From a virus (taxonomy: Duplodnaviria; Caudoviricetes), in IMG/VR virus record IMGVR_UViG_3300034095_001474, positions 128,001 through 192,000 of that record: DNA of 64,000 nt. The stretch is one strand, 5' to 3'. Both the position numbers and the translations under genes were made by a program. The notes beneath the pieces were generated by a model. The model was not told the origin of the DNA, ran no database searches, and saw only the letters and a list, made by a program, of their open reading frames with translations. Shown in pieces: positions 55,058 through 64,000 of this stretch (position 1 is its first letter; every line of letters starts with the position of its first letter).

Positions 55058-55705
55058 TTATCTAGGCCAAATACCAACCTTATTCATATAACCTATACCA
55101 CATACGTAGGCATCTGATGTATCAAATGTTTCTTTTTTCAATTTGTTGTTTTTATCATAAAACCAAGTTACTTGTGGTTCCAATTCAGCAACTTTTTCCC
55201 AAAGTATATATTTTTTATCTACATCAAACGGATATTCACCAAATAAAACGGGTGTATTTTTTGCAATTACTTTTTCAGCCAATGCAACACCATCTTTTTT
55301 GAATTTTCTAACAGCCATAAGTTCTGGAAAAGCATATTTACGAGCATCATATGATGAAATGAATTCTGGAACAACACCTATAGTATCATACACTGATTTT
55401 GATATCATACCATTGAAACGTAACAATGTTGCAATAGTATAAACATTATTAGATTGTAAAAGAGGTTCTTCAATAACTACTTTAGTAATCCCAAAATCGC
55501 TATAATGCGTTAGAAATTCTTGTTCAAAAATTTCAACTTTTCTGAACAACTCTTCCATTTTATTTTCTGGTTTAGGTTTCACTTTAGGTGACACATGATG
55601 TAATAATTTTAATTCACCATGGTTACCCATATCTTCAAATATCGCAATACCAATTGTTGAAGTTGATACATCTAAACTTAGTAAGAATTCTGGTTCTTTT
55701 ATCAT
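55058..55705 (-). CDS. RuvC-like Holliday junction resolvase
   Basis: LSLDVSTSTIG, VVIEEP, FDTSDAY. Confidence 0.75.
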   Translation of the reverse strand: MIKEPEFLLSLDVSTSTIGIAIFEDMGNHGELKLLHHVSPKVKPKPENKMEELFRKVEIFEQEFLTHYSDFGITKVVIEEPLLQSNNVYTIATLLRFNGMISKSVYDTIGVVPEFISSYDARKYAFPELMAVRKFKKDGVALAEKVIAKNTPVLFGEYPFDVDKKYILWEKVAELEPQVTWFYDKNNKLKKETFDTSDAYVCGIGYMNKVGIWPR

Positions 55706-55751
55706 AAAATTTTTATTATTAATTTAAGATACTTTATTCAAAAATAAAGGC

Positions 55752-56954
55752 TTAAATTGTAATATTTACAGAAAGAGCTAAAAATTGATTAACATTTTTA
55801 GAAATTTGACGGTCCGTTTTACCATAAGCAATCAAATTTCCTAATTCATCATATAAACCCACTTCACTAATTCTAGGAACGTCACCATCACCAAATGTCA
55901 AGTTAGTTGTTCCACCAAATTCACCTCTATCAGCAATACATGTAATCATTTGAGTCACACTTGTTGATACACTATCTAAAGTTACTGTAGTAGCAGTTGC
56001 AGCAGAAGCAGTATAATTACCTACAATTGTTGGGTCCGTTATTACTATGAATCCTTTATCTAAATAAGACATACCAACAGCAGTGTCAGCTGTAAGACTT
56101 AAATTAGTGTTTGTTTGTAAATTATATGTTTGTTTGTTGTTTACACTAAAAGGTTTTCCTAAACCGTAACCAGTAGCCCAACTCAATGAAGCATTACCAC
56201 CATTAGGTGTCATGATTGCATCACAGAACATTGGAGCAACGTTGTAACCAAATTGACCAGTTGCAGCGGCTGTATCAGCAAATAATGCATCTAATTCATG
56301 TATAGGCGTTAAACCACCTAAATACGTACTATAAAGAGTATATGTACCAGCACTAGTTGGTAATTCAACTTTTACTGTTTTACCATCAATCAATTCACCA
56401 TATTGTGAATTATCAACACCAATAACAATTATTTTAGATGTACCTAAACCACTCAAAGCAGTATCGGAAAAACCACCATTTATATATGTTGTTCCAGTAA
56501 AGTTTGTATCGTTACTAGAATTTACAGACAAACCAAATGAGAAAAACAAATTAACCAATGAATCAGTTAAAAAATTAGCTCTATCAACATAATTTACTGT
56601 TACATTTGAACCAGTAAGTACAACTGAACCCAATACACCATTTTCAGTGATGATAGTTGTTGATTGAGAAGAAACTTCTTTACGGATTGAACCAGAAGGA
56701 TTAGCAATAAGGTATGTAGAGAGATTTATATTTCTAGCAGTACTATTACTAACACTGTTACCAAAACCAATGTTACCGTTGATACCTGGTACTTGACCAG
56801 ATTCCAAAGTTAAATCCATTTCATAATTAGCATCTGAATCACCTAAACTAAAAGTTTGGATTAATGCGTTATTTGTAGACACAAGCTTTTCTCTCCCTAT
56901 CGGAGTTAATTTAGCTGTTAGTGTAATTGTCGAAGCAGTGTTATTAAATCCCAT
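55752..56954 (-). CDS. Virion tail/baseplate structural protein
   Basis: Thr/Ser/Gly/Asn-rich; C-terminal ISEVGLYDELGNLIAYGK (tail-collar-like). Confidence 0.65.
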   Translation of the reverse strand: MGFNNTASTITLTAKLTPIGREKLVSTNNALIQTFSLGDSDANYEMDLTLESGQVPGINGNIGFGNSVSNSTARNINLSTYLIANPSGSIRKEVSSQSTTIITENGVLGSVVLTGSNVTVNYVDRANFLTDSLVNLFFSFGLSVNSSNDTNFTGTTYINGGFSDTALSGLGTSKIIVIGVDNSQYGELIDGKTVKVELPTSAGTYTLYSTYLGGLTPIHELDALFADTAAATGQFGYNVAPMFCDAIMTPNGGNASLSWATGYGLGKPFSVNNKQTYNLQTNTNLSLTADTAVGMSYLDKGFIVITDPTIVGNYTASAATATTVTLDSVSTSVTQMITCIADRGEFGGTTNLTFGDGDVPRISEVGLYDELGNLIAYGKTDRQISKNVNQFLALSVNITI

Positions 56955-56955
56955 A

Positions 56956-59121
56956 TTAAAAATCCATTGATAATTCTAGCATAATTGTATTCCCGTTGGT
57001 TAAAGCAACTGGAGTACTTAGTTTTCCAATACATACTAAGTTTTTGTCTGTATCATAGATACCAACCTCACTAATTTTAATATTAGGTGGGTTTGTTGTT
57101 GTATCTGTACTTCTAGTAGAGTTAGTTGTTGCAACGTACTCACTGCTATTAACTTTTATGTCGAAGATTGTTTTGTATATCGTAGCACCAATATAAGTTG
57201 AAAGGTTTCCGTAGAAAAATCTTTCATCACCAAATTGTAATTTTTCTGGTGATACATTTGGTGGTAAGTTCAATAAATCTATTAAATTAAATATTGTTGA
57301 TGCGTTTCCTTTTAAAACATCTAATATAAACCCAGTAGCCAATGGCGATTGATTCTCCAATAATTTAGGGTCAATTGTTTCACCAGCAACACCAGTAATA
57401 GCTGTAGTAGTAAAATCATACTCTTTCCAAGCACCAGCTTCTGGTCTATCCATTGAGTCAGAAACAATTTGATACAATAATTTAAAATTATAAGCATAGA
57501 AACCATAACCATCAGTAGATGTTTCTTTCTTTCTCATGTATGGTAACATATCAGTTTCATTTATTTTAAATGAAACGTCTTTTGGTGACGATGTATTGTT
57601 TGTGATTTTAATATATGATTGACAAGGCAACGCTGAAGTAAATCCAGTTTGACCAATGTTATCCAATGAGTAAGTTAAATACATTGTTTCGTTTGTATTC
57701 AACACACCAGTAGATGTACCACCAGAAGGTGATGATAATGTAGCAGATAATTCTGGTAATGTCCAGTTTCTATTTGATTTGTAAGACATTGCAGCAACTA
57801 TATCGTCATTATGAATAACAACAGTTTTTAATTGTGGATAAACTCTACCAACAACATTTGGTGTTGCACTAGTATTTAAAAATGTTGGGTCTTCGATTAA
57901 TTCAATATATTCAATATCTTGAGTTGTAAGATATGTACTACCAGTAGCAATAAATTTCATACCCATAGTTGTACCACTAGCTGTACCACCATTTCTTCTA
58001 TGATACATTAAATCTGGTAAATTAATACTTAAATTTTTGTTGTTTATAGCATCTGTATAGAAGAATTCACCATATAAGTTTGAAATCGTATTGTTTGTAT
58101 AATGCAATATTGAAATTGATTTTGACACATCATCTAAATAACTTTGTCCAGGTCCAGCACAATTAAACGCCAATGCAGTTTCAGTTGTTGCTGTTGTTTT
58201 ACACAAATACCCTAAATATGGGTTTTTTGTACCTAAATAAGGATAAGAACCATATTTGGTAAAGTCTTCATATAAATTTGTTGTTGTTAAACCAGTAACA
58301 CCAGCCAACGTCTCACACCACACATTATTCATATTCCATACTGGAACATCACTACATGTGATATTGTTCGCTGAATCGAATGATAACGTACCAGAATCCC
58401 AATACGCAGTTGTGTTGTTAGCTCCAAAAGAATCAGCCACTTCACCACCTTTATAAATAAAAATTTGAGAGTACCCAGTCCAACTATTTAAATCTGGTAA
58501 ATTTCTATCAACTGTAAGTGTTGCATCAGTTGGTCCATTAACTGTTATCGCTTCTACTTTATACCATAAATTTTGTAACGGTTTGTCGTTGGTATTTGGT
58601 ATTAAATAATCACCATTTTCAGCACCATGTTTAACCAATACAAAATCACCAACTGTAACAGCTGAATAACTAATACTAAATTGAGTTCCACCAGTGAAAA
58701 TAATAGTGCTAGGGTTTGAATTAAACTGTTGATAAATAATATATTCAGTATCGGTTTTAGTTGTATAACTTGAACCAGATAATTCAAAGAATCCTCTTTC
58801 AGTTGCTTCATTATTTACAACTACTTTAACAACACTCATAACAGAACCATCTACTGGTTTGTAATAATCACCAGTCAAAGATGGATAAATAAATGATTTT
58901 AATTTAGGTTGTCTATCAAAAGGTCTCATTACAACACTAGTTGCTGATAACGTAACGTTTGTAGGGTTAGCATCAACTATCGCTTCTCTTTCGTAATTTA
59001 TTTCTGAATCGCCAATAGCAAAATAAGAAAATGTTAATTTTCCTTGTGACAACATTTCTCTACCAGTTTGAGTCAATTTGATACTTACAAATGGACTAGT
59101 GTTTTTAATTATGTAACTCAT
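56956..59121 (-). CDS. Virion tail/baseplate structural protein (paralogous termini to 55752-56954)
   Basis: IKLTQTGREML...FAIGDSEINY at the N-terminus; ISEVGIYD...LVCIGK at the C-terminus. Confidence 0.65.
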   Translation of the reverse strand: MSYIIKNTSPFVSIKLTQTGREMLSQGKLTFSYFAIGDSEINYEREAIVDANPTNVTLSATSVVMRPFDRQPKLKSFIYPSLTGDYYKPVDGSVMSVVKVVVNNEATERGFFELSGSSYTTKTDTEYIIYQQFNSNPSTIIFTGGTQFSISYSAVTVGDFVLVKHGAENGDYLIPNTNDKPLQNLWYKVEAITVNGPTDATLTVDRNLPDLNSWTGYSQIFIYKGGEVADSFGANNTTAYWDSGTLSFDSANNITCSDVPVWNMNNVWCETLAGVTGLTTTNLYEDFTKYGSYPYLGTKNPYLGYLCKTTATTETALAFNCAGPGQSYLDDVSKSISILHYTNNTISNLYGEFFYTDAINNKNLSINLPDLMYHRRNGGTASGTTMGMKFIATGSTYLTTQDIEYIELIEDPTFLNTSATPNVVGRVYPQLKTVVIHNDDIVAAMSYKSNRNWTLPELSATLSSPSGGTSTGVLNTNETMYLTYSLDNIGQTGFTSALPCQSYIKITNNTSSPKDVSFKINETDMLPYMRKKETSTDGYGFYAYNFKLLYQIVSDSMDRPEAGAWKEYDFTTTAITGVAGETIDPKLLENQSPLATGFILDVLKGNASTIFNLIDLLNLPPNVSPEKLQFGDERFFYGNLSTYIGATIYKTIFDIKVNSSEYVATTNSTRSTDTTTNPPNIKISEVGIYDTDKNLVCIGKLSTPVALTNGNTIMLELSMDF

Positions 59122-59178
59122 ATGTTATAAATATGTTTTTATCTTATTTTAGTTATAAATATACAATAGTAAATATTA

Positions 59179-60609
59179 TTAGTATGAATTTATTGCATTT
59201 GATTGTATGACAACTGGAATTATATCGCTATATGCAATAGTAGTTACAATGTCACCACACAAAGTTTCGTAATTTTTTTGGTTCTTTACTCTATAATACA
59301 GCGTTGTACCAATAGTACCAGTTGCTATAAATGAATCAGAATAAAAAACAGATGATGTATTATAAATTGAATATCCAGAGTAATAAAAATTAGTAAAAGT
59401 ATTTGCAGTACTAACTTCCAATGAGAAATATCCGTTATTTTTTTGTGGTAATTCAGTTATTGACCAAGAAACAATTGGTGTATTGGTATTTAATCCGTTT
59501 ACAGTACTATTTGCTGGAAAATAAACTATCGTAATAATATCACCAACAAATATATCACCTTCTAAAATAATTCTTTTAGAATTGGTTGTTGATTGATAAA
59601 AATCCACATTATTTGAAAGTGTAACGCCATTAAGCATTACAATTAAATCATTTATTTGCGATGGTATTACAGAAGTATAAATTTCATATTTACCACTAGT
59701 TGTGTTGAAATATGCTAAATTAGAACCTTGATTATTTGATGTACCACTAACTATTGACGTTACAATATCGATATTATCAGATATTAAATTAGGACCACCA
59801 GAAGATGTGTAAATAAATGTAATTATATCATCATCAACTGTTAAACCATTAAGTGTTACAACATCACCACTATATGAATAATCTAAATTATTTGCCAACA
59901 CCAATCCATTAAGTGTCAACACAAAATTACCAATATTTGGTGGTTTTGGGATATATTGACTACCAGAAACTGGTAAAATTACACTTTGAGTCAATGCATT
60001 TGCTGATGAATCATTCGTACCATTATTTATAAAATTAGGTATTTCAGCTTGTTTTATAGCAACAAAATAATAATCTAAATTTTTATCATAAATACCATAT
60101 TGGTCACCATAAATATAATTGATAGTATCAACACCTTTTCCTAATCTTTTCAAGAAATCTGTACAAGCACTAAATTGGTAAAAACCTTTTATCATATAAT
60201 CACCATCTATTGTTATACCACTAGATGGAATATATTGTGTTGTTGTATTTGTTGCACTAAATGCTGAATATTGTAACGTTTCTGATTTATAAACTGGAAT
60301 ACCATTAAATACATCTAAGATACTATCGTATTTATAAATTTGATATCTAAAGTTGGCTTCGGTATCAATAAAAGTTTGAGTGTTGGCTGTAAAATCAAAC
60401 GTCAAAGGAATAGTTTGAGTATTCGCACTAATAATATATGTAGCACCAGTTACAGTACTACCAGTACAATTTATTTTTGTAGCACCGCTTATATTATATA
60501 AAGGGCTATTAAAAACGCACATATCAGAACTCATATTGAAATTATTAAAATTTCTATTCCTAACTGCCGAATTCTGATTCTGTATGTATATTCTTTCTTG
60601 GTATCTCAT
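59179..60609 (-). CDS. Virion structural protein with repeated beta modules
   Basis: Two LNG(LV/VT)L..N.D(Y/F)...I.(F/I)(I/V)Y repeats. Confidence 0.6.
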   Translation of the reverse strand: MRYQERIYIQNQNSAVRNRNFNNFNMSSDMCVFNSPLYNISGATKINCTGSTVTGATYIISANTQTIPLTFDFTANTQTFIDTEANFRYQIYKYDSILDVFNGIPVYKSETLQYSAFSATNTTTQYIPSSGITIDGDYMIKGFYQFSACTDFLKRLGKGVDTINYIYGDQYGIYDKNLDYYFVAIKQAEIPNFINNGTNDSSANALTQSVILPVSGSQYIPKPPNIGNFVLTLNGLVLANNLDYSYSGDVVTLNGLTVDDDIITFIYTSSGGPNLISDNIDIVTSIVSGTSNNQGSNLAYFNTTSGKYEIYTSVIPSQINDLIVMLNGVTLSNNVDFYQSTTNSKRIILEGDIFVGDIITIVYFPANSTVNGLNTNTPIVSWSITELPQKNNGYFSLEVSTANTFTNFYYSGYSIYNTSSVFYSDSFIATGTIGTTLYYRVKNQKNYETLCGDIVTTIAYSDIIPVVIQSNAINSY

Positions 60610-60851
60610 TAGTAACTGATTTCCAATGTTTTTATTTCAATGTTATTTGTATTTACCAACCCAAATTCCATTGGTTTAATTAATTCAGTAGTTTTTTCAA
60701 TTCTAGAGAAATTTTGTAGATACGCAACAAAACCATTAAGATTTATGTAATCTTCTTGTTGTATTTGACCATAAACATTACTAACAAATCTAACGTCACC
60801 GATTACGTTTGTTAATATTTCCCCTTGTACTTTTTTTAATAACTGTGGCAT
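60609..60851 (-). CDS. Hypothetical protein
   Basis: 80 aa, coupled by a TAATG overlap. Confidence 0.55.
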   Translation of the reverse strand: MPQLLKKVQGEILTNVIGDVRFVSNVYGQIQQEDYINLNGFVAYLQNFSRIEKTTELIKPMEFGLVNTNNIEIKTLEISY

Positions 60852-60897
60852 ATCTATAAATATAATTTAATTTGTTTAATTTTTATTTTATTTAAAT

Positions 60898-61992
60898 TTA
60901 ATACACCAATATAGTATTATCACTATTAGGTACAGTATTTTTATTTACAGTTTTTAAGTTAGAAATATTTACTTTACCTCTAAATTCAGAACCATTATCC
61001 ATTTGTTTCATATAAACACCAATACATTTTGTTGTTTTTGGTTTAACAATACCATCGGTTGGATAGATTGTAGTTGATAAAACTTCAATATCTGATTGGA
61101 CACCTATATTTTCTTCATTTTTAAAACACGTAAATAAAGTACCTTTTTTATACATGAATTTTTGCTGATGAAACATTGTGTTGCTATATATTTTAGTACT
61201 TCCCCAAATTGTTGTTGCTGGAATTACTTGTTCAATCATATCAACCCAATATGTTCCAACCATATTTGCAAGACCATCCATTTTTCTATAATCATAAGCA
61301 GAACTTTGAACCCCAGTGTAAATAGATGAATTAACATATCTATCATACAATGCTCTAATTGTTGGGTAACCAGATAAAGTTTTTCTATCTTTAACATCAA
61401 TAAGTTCAGTTGTTAAATAATTATCAAATTGTTCATTTGTGGTCATCGATGATAACGATTCAGTCATCAAATCATTGAAATTAACTTTGAAATTATCACC
61501 ACAACATAATGATGAATAAGTACCATCTTCGTTTTCACCACCCATTGGGTGTATTTTCGTAACACATGTGTTTCTTCTTCTATCCCAATAACAATTAGGT
61601 ATGTTTCTGTATGTATAAGTTTGAAAATAAGTTGCAAATCTTTCAGAAGCACATATATAAATAGAATAACTGGATGGGTCAGCACATTCTGGTGTTTGAT
61701 TTTCGCTATAATAAAATGCTGATATTAATTCATTTCTAGTTTCGTCAAATTTATTACTTAATAGACTACAAAATTCTTCAGTAACTTGTGATGTAAAATT
61801 TTGTATTGTATCTGTTGACCCAGTAAAATAATTTGAGTCATAATAAACACCCAATTTACCATCTGGGTTGTTAACAAACACAAAATCTTTCATATAGTAA
61901 TGACTATACCAAGTATCTCTAGTGAATATTTGTAAGTTTGATGTTGCTGAACCTTTTGGAAAGGCAAAATCATATGGGTCGAAAAAATACAT
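60898..61992 (-). CDS. Probable virion structural protein
   Basis: 364 aa; W..MIEQVIPATTIW...IYSNT.FH.QKF motif. Confidence 0.55.
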   Translation of the reverse strand: MYFFDPYDFAFPKGSATSNLQIFTRDTWYSHYYMKDFVFVNNPDGKLGVYYDSNYFTGSTDTIQNFTSQVTEEFCSLLSNKFDETRNELISAFYYSENQTPECADPSSYSIYICASERFATYFQTYTYRNIPNCYWDRRRNTCVTKIHPMGGENEDGTYSSLCCGDNFKVNFNDLMTESLSSMTTNEQFDNYLTTELIDVKDRKTLSGYPTIRALYDRYVNSSIYTGVQSSAYDYRKMDGLANMVGTYWVDMIEQVIPATTIWGSTKIYSNTMFHQQKFMYKKGTLFTCFKNEENIGVQSDIEVLSTTIYPTDGIVKPKTTKCIGVYMKQMDNGSEFRGKVNISNLKTVNKNTVPNSDNTILVY

Positions 61993-62021
61993 ATATTTAT
62001 TTTATTATTATTTTTATATTA

Positions 62022-63998
62022 TTAACAATTAGTACAATTATTTAAAGCGTAATCTAAATCTTCTTGTATTTGACCTAGAATAGTTGTTTTAAATGTATTA
62101 ATACTATTTAATGCTGTTGTTATGTTAAATGTTTGTGTTGACGCTGACGTTGGACAAACAATCGGTAATGTTCTATCTTTTAAATTAAAATCGTTATTCG
62201 TTACATGGTAAACTTCGTTAGTGTTATCATTAACAACATCAAAATGAACATAATAATTTTCATCAAATTCCCAATTTCTATCAATACCGTTATCACTGGC
62301 ACCAGCTAATGGTAATGTGCTAGTACTACCAGAAATATAAGTACCAAACTCACTACTGCTACATTGATTTGTATAATCCCATTGTGATGCATTTATATCC
62401 CAATAAGCACTATTAGGGTCTGTTATACCAACATATACTTTAACCCTAGCTAAACCTACACCAGTCGTGCTTCTAAAAGGACATGTTGATGTTGGGTCAT
62501 TAAGAACATATTCTTCTTTGAAAACAATATCACCATTTTGACTACCTTTTCTTACAGTTGTTGTTACTTTAATCGGAATATAACCACTAGTTTCATCTGG
62601 AGTCAAATTGGTAGCTGGGTCTATTATATAAATAAAATATTCTGGTGTTCTTTCTAATAATTTTGTTTCATTTGCTAATTTTTTGTTAGTATCACTATGA
62701 ACTCTATTTAATTGTGATATATCAACACTAATATTTGGCCAAGTAAAATCAAAACCACTACAAGCAGTTGTACCACTGTTTCTTAAATAAACATCCACAA
62801 CACATTGTGGTGTTTCACCTATAGGGTTACCTCCATAATTTGTCCAGAAATTCAATGATGTAATAGGATAATGCATACTAAATTGTTCTGGAACAACTTC
62901 TTTAAACATATTTGTCATACATTTACCCTTTATTGAATCCCATTCTATATAAAAACTATCTTCAACTGGGTTAACCCATTCATTGTGTGCTGTATTATTA
63001 TTTGTTTGGTAATGAAAAGACATCATTTGAATCCATGTAGTATAATTAGTTGGCATCAATATTTTACAGAAAAATGATGCTTTTTCTGGTGTATACGGTG
63101 GAACAAGACCACCGTATATCGCATCATCTTCTTGTACGAAACTAGTAATATCAATCCATGTTTTATTTCGTGGAGCATAATCTGAATTAGCCCAATAAAC
63201 TTTAAGTTCTTTTGTTGGTGATTCAACAAAATACATATATCCACCTTCAGCTATTACTTTTAAAATCCTACCACTTTTTGTGTTAAACATCATCGGTGCT
63301 AATTTCTCATGTAAAGAAAAAGTTTTACTAACATATTCGTCTATTTCATCACCAGATATTAACTCCTCATCAATTGTTAACCCCTCAATAAAACCACCAC
63401 CAGAAGCCAGATTAAATTCATCCAAAGCTTTTATCCATGCAGCTCTAGTATCTCTATAAATCATCATAGCGTCATCAGATGGATTTGGGTGATAAATAGC
63501 ATCTTTCAAATCCAAATATGGTGCAGTAGCTAACATAAATTCATTCCAAGACTTTAACCATGCATCTCTTACTGCTCTAGAATTTGTTAATAAATCTTCT
63601 GGGTCTAGAGGTGATGGTATAAGACCACTAGTAAGTGCATCTTCATAACTAATTATCTCAAAAACATCTTCATAAGATTCTAATAAACATTCACAATCAA
63701 TTGAAGGAACTGAATCTAAAAGACCTAAATTATCATTTATATAGCATTGTACATCATTTTCTATAGCACTTGCTATGTTGATATCCAAATCAATTTCTTT
63801 GGTGTTTATAACCAATCTTTCATCATTAACGTCATAATTAGTTTTCCTAATCATGTTTTGACCAACATTATTTGAAATATCAAAATCTCTGTTTACACGT
63901 GTTATGTTTTTAAGCCATGATTTTTTGTTATCAATAATTTTTTCTAAATGAAAACCTGGTGATTCATTAATAAATACAGATTGACCATTTCCATCAAT
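62022..63998 (-). CDS. Large probable virion protein, 5'-partial
   Basis: The frame of the 62022-63854 ORF stays open to the window edge (...HLEKIIDNKKSW...TNYDVNDERLVINTKEIDL). Confidence 0.6.
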   Translation of the reverse strand: MDGNGQSVFINESPGFHLEKIIDNKKSWLKNITRVNRDFDISNNVGQNMIRKTNYDVNDERLVINTKEIDLDINIASAIENDVQCYINDNLGLLDSVPSIDCECLLESYEDVFEIISYEDALTSGLIPSPLDPEDLLTNSRAVRDAWLKSWNEFMLATAPYLDLKDAIYHPNPSDDAMMIYRDTRAAWIKALDEFNLASGGGFIEGLTIDEELISGDEIDEYVSKTFSLHEKLAPMMFNTKSGRILKVIAEGGYMYFVESPTKELKVYWANSDYAPRNKTWIDITSFVQEDDAIYGGLVPPYTPEKASFFCKILMPTNYTTWIQMMSFHYQTNNNTAHNEWVNPVEDSFYIEWDSIKGKCMTNMFKEVVPEQFSMHYPITSLNFWTNYGGNPIGETPQCVVDVYLRNSGTTACSGFDFTWPNISVDISQLNRVHSDTNKKLANETKLLERTPEYFIYIIDPATNLTPDETSGYIPIKVTTTVRKGSQNGDIVFKEEYVLNDPTSTCPFRSTTGVGLARVKVYVGITDPNSAYWDINASQWDYTNQCSSSEFGTYISGSTSTLPLAGASDNGIDRNWEFDENYYVHFDVVNDNTNEVYHVTNNDFNLKDRTLPIVCPTSASTQTFNITTALNSINTFKTTILGQIQEDLDYALNNCTNC

Positions 63999-64000
63999 AC

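Noticed and set aside
1-64000. Genome-wide TAG reassignment (code 15), suggested by the CUA tRNA
   Set aside because: Long, recognisable genes are intact in code 11 and a few end in TAG (for example dnaJ at 27953). Only one conserved gene with an internal TAG was seen.
1-64000. CRISPR array or Cas operon
   Set aside because: No regularly spaced direct repeats were seen. The PD-(D/E)XK nuclease at 52742-53524 sits among replication genes with no cas neighbours.

Overview
A 64-kb piece of a very AT-rich, T4-like (gp23/gp46/gp47-type) jumbo phage. The host is most likely Bacteroidota, because host-type TTG-N20-TAnnTTTG promoters, a T9SS-type cargo, a Bacteroidota-style sigma factor and an Hc1 protein are all present. 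Almost all genes are on the minus strand and read in standard code 11. About 0-38 kb is an accessory region dominated by translation and RNA functions: 13 tRNA genes plus two atypical tRNA-like RNAs, a tmRNA next to ClpP, four Y-RNA-like elements with a TROVE/DUF2828 protein, two RNA ligases, a kinase/2H-phosphodiesterase, a CCA-adding enzyme, two Pth2-like proteins, a (p)ppGpp hydrolase-like HD protein and a WGR-PARP. About 38-64 kb holds lysis, head-core, sigma factor, recombination/replication and tail/baseplate genes. The two best candidates for undescribed systems are (1) a leader-peptide attenuator at 16864-17017, in which 20 of the first 21 codons match the tRNAs of the array downstream, and (2) an amber (CUA) tRNA directly upstream of a Pth2-like gene with an in-frame TAG at codon 4, followed by an M-N-TAG-I-K-A-P-P minigene. 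All calls come from manual reading and motif recognition; no searches or folding programs were run. Several ORF starts were moved to the more plausible ATG.
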